A stretch of 63,009 nt of DNA, filler included, from Globobulimina sp. (GCA_003354225.1; 20 parts of 20 records of this genome joined end to end with filler, not necessarily neighbours in it); one strand, 5' to 3'. Counted from the whole stretch's first letter, positions 34,620 through 47,241 are shown. A program made the numbers and translations. The notes: a model not told the origin generated them from the letters alone.

Positions 34620-35027
34620 CTACNNNNNNNNNNNNNNNNNNNNNNNNNNNNNNNNNNNNNNNNNNNNTTAATTAATTAANNNNNNNNNNNNNNNNNNNNN
34701 NNNNNNNNNNNNNNNNNNNNNNNCAATTCCAAACCAAATACCACATAAATCCACCCAGACGCACCCCCCAAGGCGTTAAAAACTTTGTTTTCGGAACACA
34801 CGTTCCCTTGACTCGATATTACTGAATTTGGATAAAATACTAATATGTTACGTCACATGGTGAAAGTCACACATTTTGAAAATATATGGGACGTCCCACC
34901 ATTTAAAAAATATGCGTGACGTCCCGTGTTTTTGGTCTTGCTGCTATGTGTAGAGGCAAAAAGATTTAAAAAACTTAGTCAATCACAAAAGAAGTGTTTA
35001 GAAGTGTGAACCTAAAAAGTCAAATGT

Positions 35028-37044
35028 CTAAGAATAAGTAATCACAACTTTTTCTTCTTTCTCTTTATCTTCAATTTTTTTACAACCTTTTAACTCCGAA
35101 TTAATTGTTTCATTTTCTGCCAAAATACCATCAACAATGACATCTTTTGTTGATATTGGTTGAATAGGAACTGCTTCGATGGCTCCTTCATTCTCTTCAT
35201 TTGTTGGTATTTCTTCGGTTCTCACGGATTTATATTGTTCGAGTTTGCGTCGCAATCTTCGTATATACACAGCAGATAACATTAATATCACTAATATTAC
35301 AATAACACATATTATTATTACCAATGCTGTGTCGGATATAATAATTCCTGTCGTTGAGGTCTTTGCAACTGTGACTAATGATGGTAATGTTGAACTTGAT
35401 GGAGGTACCGTGCTTGTATCAAATGTTGAAAAAAAATCATCTGTCGAATCAAAGCAATGCGATGTTGAAAAAAAATCAAATGTTGTTTGCATCTGTTGAA
35501 ATGTTCCGGGAATGACAGGAATGTTACAACTGACAGACATGGAATACGCACCATAAAGACTATGATAACCACCAATTGCTAATACATAATCACCACTATT
35601 CACAGTAAACACTGGTAATTGAGTTCTTGTTCCACAATTTCCACAATCATCACAACATGCAATTGGAGTTCCGTGCGGTTCATAAAAATAAAGATATGTA
35701 TCATACCCAGAACCACACGAATCAAATAAGACAGATACAGTATATGGTGGTGTAATAAATTTATAATAATGAATGCGTTGTGATGCTGTGGTTGAACCTC
35801 TGATCGAATCTCCACAAAATAATGTGCCTTCGACTTGCACCGTGATGCTTGTTGTCGGCAATGCAGTGGGCTCAGTGCTTGGTGGTGTCGGTTGAGATGT
35901 GGTTGGTTCAATTGTTGGCACTGCTGATCCAGCATCACAATGTAATGTCAATTTAGCATTTAATGTTAACTCGTCTGAACATAAAGAATCAACCTCAGAT
36001 CCTTCAACCATTGTTATTTTATATGTATTATTAATATTAATTTTATTTATGCCTAAATCATAATGATTTATACAATTTGTGTCCCATTCACCGCAGTTCC
36101 TGCCTCCAGAACAACTATTGATTAAATTCAGTGTATTATCGTATATTTGAATATATTCATTGGTTTGGTCATAATCAATTAATTCATATTCGAATGATAT
36201 TAATGGCCTGACACATGACTCAGCTTTGGCAGTAAAATGAATTTCAAAATACGTGGCTGAATAGTCATCATTAGCTTTAATAGCCACACTAAATTGTGTA
36301 ATTTCATTATTTTTCGGATATATATCTTTATATAAACAATGTTTATTTGTACCACATAATGTATTAACTGTTGGATCTGAAGTTGGCATCGTTGTTGGTT
36401 TTGGTGTGATGGAGCAGTCGGTAAATGCGGTGCTTTTCAGTTCCATCAAACGTAATGATACAGTCTGTATTGTTTGAGCGTAACTGGTTATTAACACTGT
36501 ATAAATTTCATTTGGTTGAACTCCTGAAAGGTGTGGCTTTTCTGCATTTGTCGAAGAATAACTACAATCTGCGACTGCGTTAAATGAAGTATTGCCAGTT
36601 CCTAATGAACCACACATTGATTGCGCAACAGCTACGCTCTGGAATGGCCCGTAAATAATAAAATCAATATCATGTGGGGCTGAAAAGTCCATGTATAAAT
36701 CACCTGCAACTTTTATTTTAAAATAATACCACGTTGGATCTCGTTGTATGGAAAGACAGTCGTAGTTGTTTCCAGAGGGTGCAGTTTGCTGAGTGTTTAA
36801 TATCGTAAAATCTAAGCCTTGATCAGTAATGCATATTGGTTCCATATGGATACACACGCTGTTTATTTCTGAATCATTTGTGAGCATTAAATTAAATATA
36901 TGAGCGTGGAAGTAATTGTATTTTGACAAAATATGTAGAAGCGCAATAGTGGGAGGATAGAGAAAATAATGACATACGACTCATGATTCGTGGTATTTGC
37001 ATGTGCATCACGATCGTCACAATTGCTAGCAATGAGGTTGTCAT
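35028..37044 (-). CDS. Multi-domain type I surface protein (signal exon; intron 36869-36977)
   Basis: Signal MTTSLLAIVTIVMHMQIPRIMS spliced in phase. Domain 1 NYDCL...PTWYYFKI...DIDFIIYGPF...DCSYS...YTVLITSY; PT-rich linkers; PPC-like domain FDSCGSGYDTYLY...ACCDDC...GDYVLAIGGY...GAY; TM LVIIICVIIVILVILMLSAVYI followed by RRLRRK. Confidence 0.8.
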
Positions 37045-37286
37045 GATTACTGTGCGTCAGTCGACTACTTTTAGCGAACAAGGTTTTGGTTGAAATAAAT
37101 CTCGATATTGAATATGATCAAATTTATGATAATATAATATAATAAAATCTCGATCGACTACAAAGGTGTTATTTTTATAATGATTTGTGAGGTGAAAGAT
37201 AAATTAAATAATTAATAAATTGAAACAACCATAAAAAAAACATGCAATGTCATATGCATGAAAAACAAAAGAAAAATGCAATTTTT

Positions 37287-37766
37287 TCAGAATTCCTCAT
37301 TCATACAAAATGTAACAGAATCTTTAAAATGTTTTGATACTAATTCTGATAATTCTTTTTTTCCGCATGCAGCCAATCGATCCGCTTCTTTTCCATCTTT
37401 AAACACAATAAAAGTGGGCAAATCTTTTACTTTGTATTCATCCACAATGTCTTCATTCTCCTCTTCTTCGCAATCTATTTCTAAAAATATCATATCCGGA
37501 TATTTGCCTTCCAAATCATGAAAATGAGGAGCAATTTGTTTGCATGGATTACACCACGAAGTACCAAATTTTGCAATGATCTGCATATACAATAAAATAA
37601 AATGCGAAAACAAGTAAACGGAATTATTTGTAAAAAAAACATACAACTTTCTTTTTCTTTGCGTCTTGTACCGTTTCAACAAAACAATCGTATGATTTTA
37701 TTTCTTGTGGCTGAATGTTGGTGCAAATTATTGAAGAATTCAGTGAATGTGATTTTAACTTACCAT
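37287..37766 (-). CDS. Thioredoxin (WCNPC; introns 37711-37763 and 37581-37644)
   Basis: ATG|intron|PQEIKSY...KKKV|intron|IIAKFGTSWCNPCKQIAP...LPTFIVFKDGK; both introns GT-AG, phase 0. Confidence 0.93.
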
Positions 37767-37878
37767 GATTGAACTTTGNNNNNNNNNNNNNNNNNNNNNN
37801 NNNNNNNNNNNNNNNNNNNNNNTTAATTAATTAANNNNNNNNNNNNNNNNNNNNNNNNNNNNNNNNNNNNNNNNNNNN

Positions 37879-38941
37879 TTATGATCCAAAGCAATTGACC
37901 GATACAGACATACCCGATGGTAACAAGCATGCAGTCATTGATATGATCGAGGTTCCCATGGTTGTGTCAGTTGTGATTGCTCCCTGTCATCGAAATAAAA
38001 AACAGTTGCAAGATGGCTATATTCTGGGCGTATTTGCGAATGCAACCACTTCGAAAGGAGCCACTGTGACAATTTATGAATATAAATATAAGCAGAAAAG
38101 CGATCAAATTATTCAAATATTGCAACGTCAGTTTTTTGGCATTGATGAATGTGTTTTTTTATGGGATCCAGCAACTTCGTATCATCATAATTTATTAGTG
38201 ATTGCCTGCTCCAATGTTGATATTAGCGGCCAGTCATACTATGGCAGTCAGGATTTATTTTTAATGTCTTCAGAAGCACAGAATAACATTAATGTTAATA
38301 TTAAAATAAAAGTTGAAAATAAATTGCAAGATGTAAAATGGCATCCTTTTCATGGAAAGGAATTTGTTTTAATCGATGATAATCCACAGAAAATATCTAT
38401 TTTCGATGCGAAAGGAAATAATATTTATGTAATTGGGCAGTATTCGAGAAATATAATTAGATTTAGTAGTTGTGGCAAGTTTTTATGGCTGGGTGGTTTT
38501 GGTAATTTAAATGGTGAGATGACGTTTTATGATTATACAAACATCAAAAATCTGAAAAAGAGCGAGGATTGCCATGATAAGACCTATTTGAATGGATATG
38601 CGCAAGACAGTGCGAGTAGATATTTTGAATGGAGTCCGGATAGCTCGGTGTTTGTGACAGCGACGATTTATCCGTATATGACAGTTGATAATGGATTCAG
38701 GATTTATAAATATAACGGTTCTAAGTTATATGAAGAGAAATTGGAGAGATTGTATCAGATTGCATATAGGCCATCGCTTGGAGATGTTTATCCGGATAAA
38801 ATGGTTTCTGTTAAAGCTTTGGCACAGAGTCAACCGATCCCACTCAAAAAAGCAAAAGCAAAAACAAAATATGTTCCTCCGCATTTGCGAAATAAAGGCA
38901 ATAAAAAGAAGGCTAAAGGCACAAGAAGTTATTTTGGTTGA
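37879..38941 (+). CDS. EIF2A: Eukaryotic translation initiation factor 2A, C-terminal part
   Basis: DISGQSYYG, GGFGNLNGEM, EWSPD...TAT...VDNGFRIY.YNG, KYVPPHLR. Confidence 0.9.
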
Positions 38942-39178
38942 TTTGGTGTATAATAACCAGCTCTCAAATGGTTCGTCCATTGTTCAAAATAATTTAATGT
39001 GTGACAGCTGGTCAGCTTCACATTGATCATTATTTAGTTAATACTTTACAGGTCCGCCAAATTTCGATCAGTCGTGAAAACACGTTGGTTATAGGAAGGC
39101 AGGAATTGAGAGCGAGACACAATAACGAATACATGTTTTGAGTTAAAGTTGCTATGTAATGTTAAATTTATTTAAAAG

Positions 39179-40933
39179 TTAAAAGGATTGCAAGCACTCA
39201 GTCCTCAACACTGGATTGGAACATCTGACGGCCGCTTTATACGACACATTCTCCTCATTCAAGACAAACGCAGCCCTCATGCAAATCGCTTCATTTTTAT
39301 CGGTGTAGGCAATGAGATTCAAGGCATGTTGCTGCGCCGTGTCATCATCCAATTTGTGAGAGTCTTCGACAGCGGTCAAACCCACCGATTTATAAAGGAA
39401 ATCAATGGCCGGCTGCAATTTATTGAAGTGAAGTGTGCCTTTCTTGCGATCTTCCTCTTGTTTGCCAATATTTGCCCACGTCTCTTTCAATAATTTGGTG
39501 GATAAAATGTCGTCACCTTTGGCCGCATAAATATAGTCATAATGATAAAAATAAATTTCATTCAAAGTGTAGGAATCTTCATAGCCTTCATCATATTTTG
39601 TGTCATCGCCCACATCATCTTTGATGATAAACTTTAAGACACACTCATATTTACCCAAAATATAATATCCATCCTCCTCTTCTTCGTCCGCTTCCACCTC
39701 GTTCCTCTCAATAATGGCAATGGCGACACCCGACTCTCCGTTACATTTTATCACCGGACACGTCACATCGATAACGGCCGAATCATCATAATCGATATCG
39801 ACGTAAACATCCGTAATTAGCTGCTTTTCGATGGTTTGCTGAATGATAAATTGCAACACAATGTATTTGGGATAGATCCGCTTAATTACTTCCGTCTGAT
39901 ATTCGGCTTCGGGCTCAGTCAATGACTCAATCGAAGAATGACAGATTTCTACGCCTAATGACGGCAAATCTTTTTGTTTGGATTGTAGCCATTTTTCCCA
40001 TTCTTGCTGTTCAGACAAATATGCTCCGACAACACCGCCCATTTCCTCACAAGGCTCCATCTGAGTGTCTGTGGACTGTTTCTTTTGATTCTCTCTCGAC
40101 ATTAACCGCAATGGCTCAATCTCACGCTTCTCCGATTTATATTTATTAATATCACACACTCCAAATGGCGCAGAAAATGCATCCTTTTCATCCGCGTCCT
40201 CATTGTCGCCCAAATAAACCAATAAAGCCGACTCCAAATCCGATAATGAACAATTTAGTGAGTCGCAGACATTCGGCACACAAATAATATCAATTAATTC
40301 TTTTGGTGCCGCATACATTTTTGTGTAGGATATACTTTCTTTTTTTTCATCCTCTTCCTCTTCTTTCCCAATGTCAACATAATCGATGTCTTCTTCCTCT
40401 TCTTTGACATTTAGATTTGCTGTCGTTGCCTCATCAATTTGTTTAACTTCACTCTCTTTGAAATTACTCAACAATTCGCAATACAAAGTGGCCCGATCTC
40501 GAACTTCGTCGTCTTGATCGTTCAAAGAGCGTTGCAATAATTGAAATATGTCATTTTTGAGTCGCGGCTCAAGCACAGCGCATTTGGTTAAACACGAAAC
40601 CGCCGCAGCTCTGACACAAGGAAGTTCCAACAAAACGCGATTGAAAATAAAGCGAATGTATCTCGATGGTTTTTCTGTGGATGGCCCCAACTCTCCGATT
40701 AAGTACAAAATGCGCACCGACAACAGCGGATATTCACAATCCTCAATGAATTCGCACAAAGATTCCAACCCAAACTCTTTGGCGCGCTCATTGTCATTTT
40801 CCTGCATTAACAGCAACATACAGTCAACAATCTTATTCTTGTAATTATAGCCGCCCTCTTCGCGCAATGCCATACTGAGGAAATTCAACAAACACTCATA
40901 TTTTTTCGGGAATTTCTCACAAACGCGTTCGAT
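39179..40933 (-). CDS. COPG: Coatomer subunit gamma, C-terminal part
   Basis: LREEGGYNYK, LCEFIEDCEY, PSRYIRFIFNRVLLE, DDEVRDRATLY, LTEPEAEY appendage domain, EGYEDSY. Confidence 0.96.
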   Translation of the reverse strand: MERVCEKFPKKYECLLNFLSMALREEGGYNYKNKIVDCMLLLMQENDNERAKEFGLESLCEFIEDCEYPLLSVRILYLIGELGPSTEKPSRYIRFIFNRVLLELPCVRAAAVSCLTKCAVLEPRLKNDIFQLLQRSLNDQDDEVRDRATLYCELLSNFKESEVKQIDEATTANLNVKEEEEDIDYVDIGKEEEEDEKKESISYTKMYAAPKELIDIICVPNVCDSLNCSLSDLESALLVYLGDNEDADEKDAFSAPFGVCDINKYKSEKREIEPLRLMSRENQKKQSTDTQMEPCEEMGGVVGAYLSEQQEWEKWLQSKQKDLPSLGVEICHSSIESLTEPEAEYQTEVIKRIYPKYIVLQFIIQQTIEKQLITDVYVDIDYDDSAVIDVTCPVIKCNGESGVAIAIIERNEVEADEEEEDGYYILGKYECVLKFIIKDDVGDDTKYDEGYEDSYTLNEIYFYHYDYIYAAKGDDILSTKLLKETWANIGKQEEDRKKGTLHFNKLQPAIDFLYKSVGLTAVEDSHKLDDDTAQQHALNLIAYTDKNEAICMRAAFVLNEENVSYKAAVRCSNPVLRTECLQSF

Positions 40934-41590
40934 NNNNNNNNNNNNNNNNNNNNNNNNNNNNNNNNNNNNNNNNNNNNTTAATTAATTAANNNNNNNNNNN
41001 NNNNNNNNNNNNNNNNNNNNNNNNNNNNNNNNNTCGACAAAATAGTTGAATTTAACGATAATAAATGATTTTTATATTCATGATGATTTTGTTGTGTGTT
41101 TTTAATGATTTTCTTATTGCGTTTATTTCCATATTTAATGTCAAGTTTATTTAATATATCAATGTCCGTTTCATTGAGAGTGTCATTGCAAGAATTATTT
41201 GTTGCATTATTTATTAATTTATCATAACATTGTTTTGCATCTAATCCATTTCTTTGATGATATTTTGTTAATTTTAACACTAAAAATGATTCAATTAAAT
41301 GTCTTAATGAAATGCTTGCAATGATTTTAAAGATGCAGATTGTGTGGCTTTGGATTGTCGTATAAATTTCCATATATCATGTTGGACGTTGAAAGTAGTA
41401 CTGGTTGACATTCTTACTTCTTAGTAGTTGTAAAAGATGCAAAACAGCCAAATGTCGTTCGCAGTATAAATTATCGGACTTATGCTACGTCGGATAAATA
41501 GTAGATGATTTACCTTGATTACCAACACGAATCTAAAAGCAAGAGCAGACTAAAATGATCATATCAAAATCTTTAATATATGAAAATATG

Positions 41591-42951
41591 TTAAAAGATT
41601 CCATTGAAAACATATCTGTTTGAACAATAAATGAGCAATAAAACAATGAAAGAATAAATAGTGACTCGCACCAATGTATGTTGAGAATCATTTGTTGCAT
41701 AAACATAATAAACCAACAATAACATTTTCCTCGATTTAAAATTATAAACATAGTCACAATCATTTATTTTATATCCATATTTTTGCACAATTTTAATAAT
41801 ATCATTTGTGATTTTTTGGGTAAATATTTTTTCACCGTTTTTATAACCTCTTATGCTGACAGTTAATGCAAAATAAGATACTGATTTTTTACACAATAAT
41901 TGTTTTTTAAATACAATCTCGATATCATTTATTGGTTTTATTGCCCGATTAATGCATTTCTTCCTTTTTGTTCCAAAATATGTACAAGTTCCATCATAAT
42001 ATATCATTGCAAACGAATGAAATGGAAACCTTTTATTTGGTAAATATTTGAGGCAACAATCATACCACAAATTATTTACTATATAAACTTGTTTTGAATG
42101 TATTTTATTTATTTTACGAATTGCATTCGAAAATTGTTTGAATTGAGAATGATACCAAGGCGTCGCAATTAATGTTTTGTTATTGTTTTTGTTGGAATGT
42201 GTTTGATAAAATTTTAGCGTTGAACATAAATCGGAGTTATCCAAAACTAATAAATTACCGTTTCTTGAATCGGGACAAATAATATCAAACAATAAATGAT
42301 TAATGTCTGTCTTATCAAAATTTGTATAATAATCCACATTATTTATATTGCTGTACGGATTGCTATTATTTGCATTGTTATTTGCGTTCTTTATATTCAT
42401 TGTATTTAATGATAAAAAATGATAAAATGGAAATATTGATTGAATGTCATTATTTCCAGAAATTGTGTTGATGAAATCTTCAGTTTTAGTACAAAATGAT
42501 ATTTTCAATAAAGAACACTTACAATCATTACCAAAAATGAATGCTACAATCTTTTTTTCATTTTGTTTCATTTCTGTAAATCTCAAATATTTAAACTCTT
42601 GATCTTGATTTAAACCTAATACATATAATGAATCTATATCGGTGCTAATTAAATGTTTAAACAATGAAAGAATTGAATAATATTATTGTTAATAATATTA
42701 TTTGTAGGTACTTGATTTAATAATATGACAGGAGATAATACAATTAATGGCTTGTTTTGTAATTGTAATAAATACAATTTATTGCATGATCTTTTATAAT
42801 TTGTAATACGATGACTCGTTATAATTTTGGATTTTGTTACTTGAGAAACGTAAACAATTTTGTTGGATTTTATCTCATTTATAGGTTTAATTAATGCGAC
42901 ACAATCGTCACTTAATGGATTGGATGATACTAAATGTTCCATGCTATTCAT
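41591..42951 (-). CDS. Hypothetical Asn-rich protein, probably spliced (ORFs 42649-42951 and 41591-42664)
   Basis: Two consecutive long minus-strand ORFs in very AT-rich DNA; no family recognised. Confidence 0.45.
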
Positions 42952-43007
42952 ATATTAAATCAACTTGTCACCACAAAACAGTTCAGTACATTACAGTTGA
43001 GTTGATC

Positions 43008-44087
43008 ATGCCTGACAAATTTGAATCGCCTGATGCTCAAATAGTGTTAGCAATTACCCATTTAATAATTACTAGCATTGAATTAACAGTTTGTGGTATG
43101 TACTTATACCTTTATTTAGCACAGGTTGCTACAAATACATATATCAATTCCATATCACAGTATATTGTGCTTATCAATTATACCGAAACTGGAATGAACT
43201 TTATATGCAAAAGAGACGCCCTCTATTAACATTATTCATATTTATTTTTTCATGTTATTCTGTATTATTTGAATACCCACATTTCACCATTTTAAAATTT
43301 TTCCCATCCGTCAGTTATTGGAGACCACCACATGTAATCATTTATGTGTTTTCCTCGTTTCCCCGCTGGGCAGAATTTATGTTGTTGACCTTAAGAGTTT
43401 ATCTGCTACATTACGATCATGCATATGGCAGATTATTAAAAACACACAAATGGAAAATACTAATGAATGAAAACATTATGGACGAAAATTGGTATTTTAT
43501 TAACAGATTGAAATATGGCTCCGATATATGGATGATTAAACACATCGTATTGCCCATATTGTCAATATTTTATATTTTTTATGTTATTGTCTGGTTTGTA
43601 TGTAGATATCCGTTGGATATTAGCGTGTCAATGTTGCATGGAATGACTTTGTTATTCAGTGTCCTAATAACCAGTGTTGCTACTTTCTATATTGTCAAAT
43701 ACTGGAAAAGGTTCCCAAAGTTTAATGATAACTTAAATATTCGAGATGAATTAAAAATTATTATCATTATAAGTGTATTAGTATTTATATTAAGTTTTGT
43801 TGTGGCCCCATTCAGTGTATTTCGTTTCTATTCGAGTGCAGCAAATATCTCTTTCTTAATCGTTATCTCAGTATTGCATATAACATTAATTTGTACGCTA
43901 ATCGTATATCCGAAGCATAAATATGTTCATTCTTTAACCGCTTCAAACACTTCTTCTTCGAAAACACGATTTTTAAGAAATTGGGAACAATCACAATCAC
44001 AACAGACAAATATCCAGCACAGAGTGTATAATTCATGGCAGAAAATTGCTTTTACAGTCGAAGGATATGAAAGTTTTGCAAATTTCT
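43008..44087 (+). CDS. 7TM protein, probable 7TM-RGS; intron 43096-43160; 3' truncated
   Basis: A spliced first exon supplies TM1; six further hydrophobic segments; motifs KRRPLL, RVYLLHYD, DNLNIRDELK. Ends at GYESFANF, which resembles the first RGS helix. Confidence 0.7.
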
Positions 44088-44187
44088 NNNNNNNNNNNNN
44101 NNNNNNNNNNNNNNNNNNNNNNNNNNNNNNNTTAATTAATTAANNNNNNNNNNNNNNNNNNNNNNNNNNNNNNNNNNNNNNNNNNNN

Positions 44188-45156
44188 AAAGATTTACAAG
44201 AAACATATATTGCTGTTGTTAAACAATTATTTGATGAGAAAACTAAAAAAAGTCATGCATTTTATCAGGAAATGCATGAAATTGCAAATAAACATAATAT
44301 GAATGATAATTATCCTCAAATAATAAAACAAGAATCAATAGAACCTCCACAAAATAATGAAAATACGAATATTGTCGAAAATAATGATATTATAATCCAA
44401 GCAATAAAACAAGAAGAAACAGGAAATAATTTAGAATCAAAAGAAGAACCTCAACAAAATGTAAACAATGAGGTAAGATATAGACCATATAAAATGGAAT
44501 GCATTGAGTGTGACAAAGAATTTCTGTTTGCGATTGATTTTGAAACTCATATGTGGCTCAAACATCGTATAAGAAAAGCATTTAAATGCAATCAATGCGA
44601 TAAAAGTTATGGTTTAAAAAGAAATGTTATACAACATATTGAAAAGAAACATTTGAATAAAGTAAATTATAAATGTGATGTTTGTGGGAAACAGTTTTAT
44701 GATAAAACAAAGTGGAAAAATCATTGTCTAATTCATAAAGAAGAGCGATCATTTAAATGTTCATTATGTAATAAAGGATTTAAACAAAAAGACGGTTTAA
44801 CTCAACATATTAAATATACGCATAGTGATAATAAACCATATCAATGTAATCGATGTGATTCATCATTTAAAACAAATAGTCATTTAACAAGACATATTCG
44901 TTCCATTCATAATAAAGAGAAAAGATTTGAATGTGATATTTGTCACAAACAATTTTATGATAAAAATGATTGGAGGAAACATTATCGAATACATACAGGT
45001 GAAAAACCATATAAATGTGATATTTGTGAGAAAGCATTCAAACAAAAAAGTCATCTTTCAAGCCATAAAGCAAGACACAAAGGAATGAAGCAACACAAAT
45101 GCTCAAAATGTCATAAAACTTTTGCAACCAAAAAAGACAAAAAAAAACAAATGTAA
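44188..45156 (+). CDS. C2H2 zinc-finger protein (about 8 fingers), 5' truncated
   Basis: Repeated CxxC-x12-HxxxH with the HTGEKPYKC linker. Confidence 0.95.
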   Translation, partial: KDLQETYIAVVKQLFDEKTKKSHAFYQEMHEIANKHNMNDNYPQIIKQESIEPPQNNENTNIVENNDIIIQAIKQEETGNNLESKEEPQQNVNNEVRYRPYKMECIECDKEFLFAIDFETHMWLKHRIRKAFKCNQCDKSYGLKRNVIQHIEKKHLNKVNYKCDVCGKQFYDKTKWKNHCLIHKEERSFKCSLCNKGFKQKDGLTQHIKYTHSDNKPYQCNRCDSSFKTNSHLTRHIRSIHNKEKRFECDICHKQFYDKNDWRKHYRIHTGEKPYKCDICEKAFKQKSHLSSHKARHKGMKQHKCSKCHKTFATKKDKKKQM

Positions 45157-45400
45157 AAAATAGTAGTACGTTGACATTTCTGGCGCTTTTGCTGTTCTGT
45201 TTCATTATGCAGTGAATCCCTGGTTCGACATCAAATAAATCGTTTCTGGTTTGTGCATGTGGCCATCATCCGCAAATGACCAAAATTTCTTTACTCGAGT
45301 GAGTAGCTTTTGTGCAAGGAGGAACTGAATAACTCAAAAAAAAAGAAACCAGAAATAAATATTTAAATGAAAATTAAAAGCCAATATGATGACACTTATT

Positions 45401-46244
45401 CTAATTTTTATTCTTATTCAACACAACAACAATGGTAACAATCACCGCAATAATTAATAAAACGCCCAATAAAATACATAATTTGCCCCTATATGCTTTC
45501 TGATGTTTCGCCGCTTTGTCTAAATGGGTCACACCGGCCTGTATATTCTCCCTCGCATCCTCCACATTGTCATGCAATTGTTCCACAATCTCATCTTGAT
45601 CATAGATTAACATATTCAAATCTTTATGCGACTCGTATAATAATTGCAAATTTTGCAATATATCAAATAATTGTTCCTCATAATTCTCTAACTCATACAA
45701 ATCGTCATAGGGTCGAAATAATTGTTCTTGTTCTTGTACTTGTTCTTGATTATTGTTGCCATTCTCCACTCGGTTTGTCCCTGTCCCATAGTCTGTATTT
45801 CTATCCGTATTATTATCCAATAAATGGTCGGATTGCTTAGTTTGTGCTTGTTGGGGCTCTGAGCTTTTAAATTTTGCGCCAACGTTAGTTGTTACATCAC
45901 GTAAACGTTCGAAATTTTGGAAAAATTGGGACTCCAATTTCTTCCATTTATTGTCTCGGCCGCCACTGTCATTGGCTTTTTGTATGCTGGTTTTGATGGT
46001 CATTACTAATTTTGAGGTTGCTTGGATTTTTACGGTGAGCTGAATGGTGGTGTTTGCAAGTATATGTTTGGAGTATTGGACAGTAAATATATACGAAAGC
46101 ACAAACCTGTTTTCTAAATGGTGCGGTGTCTTCATTGCCTCCGATTAAGTCAGCTTGGCGTGCAATATATTGGATGTCGTGATGTAATGACTTGATTTTG
46201 GTGGCAATCGCATCGTAATCATTTGCTAGTAAACGTTGATCCAT
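45401..46244 (-). CDS. Syntaxin (Qa-SNARE, endosomal Syx7/Pep12-like); intron 46040-46106
   Basis: IGGNEDTAPFRKQ|LTVKIQ Habc region; SNARE motif DLNMLIYDQDEIVEQLHDNVEDA...LDKAAKHQK; C-terminal TM. 67-nt phase-0 intron. Confidence 0.9.
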
Positions 46245-46305
46245 TATAAAAGTAGCTTAAACAAGTGACTTACTCAAAAACCGTATCTACATTTGTCACA
46301 AAACA

Positions 46306-47241
46306 ATGTGGACGACTTCTATTAAAACAATTCAAACCGTTAATAATGATTTGGACTCAGTATGTTTGGTATCGATTGAAAATAAGTTGAAAGAAATGGT
46401 ATTAAATTGTAAACGGATTCAACAAGATTTTTATAATAAAATTAATTCAAAAATAAAGATTGAAACAAATAATAATCAATTTATAAAAAAAGAATATGAG
46501 AATGATTTTAATTGCATGTTTAGAGCACAAACAATATTAATTAAAGATTTACAAGAAACATATATTGCTGTTGTTAAACAATTATTTGATGAGAAAACTA
46601 AAAAAAGTCATGCATTTTATCAAGAAATGCATAAAATTGCAAATAAACATAATATGAATGATAATTATTGTCAAATAAAACAAGAATCAAAGGAAAATAA
46701 TGATATTATAATCCGAGCAATAAAAGAAGAAGAAAAGCATTTAAATGTAATCAATGCGATAAAAGTTATGGTTCAAAGACAGCTGTTTTGCAACATATTA
46801 AAAGGAAACATTTGAATCAAGTAAATTATAAATGTGATGCATGCGGTAAACAGTTTTATAATAAAACAGATTGGAAAATTCATTGTCTAATTCATAAAGA
46901 AGAGCGATTCATTATGTAATAAAGGATTTAAACAAAAAGGTGTTTTAAATGAGCATATTAAAATATACGCATAGTGATAATAAACCATATCAATGCAATC
47001 AATGTGATTCATCATTTAAAAGAAATGGTGATTTAACAGATCATATTCGTTCCGTTCATAATAAAGAGAAAAGATTTGAATGCGATATTTGTCACAAACA
47101 ATTTTATAATAAAAATGATTGGAGGAAACATTATCGTATACATACAGATGAAAGACCATATAAATGTGATATTTGTGAGAAAGCATTCAAACAAAAAAGT
47201 AATCTTTCAAAGCATAAAGCAACCCACAAAGGAGCGAACCA
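46306..47241 (+). pseudogene. Frameshifted paralog of the C2H2 gene at 44188
   Basis: Near-identical DNA (aaagatttacaagaaacatatattgctg...). Deletions near 46690, 46735 and 46910 split the fingers across different frames. Confidence 0.8.

Noticed and set aside
34369-34671. Plus-strand 100 aa ORF in the GC-rich tail
   Set aside because: Antisense shadow of the minus-strand GAF frame; it also runs into the linker.
37287-37766. WCNPC thioredoxin as a novel redox system
   Set aside because: A single substitution in the CxxC dipeptide is within normal thioredoxin variation.
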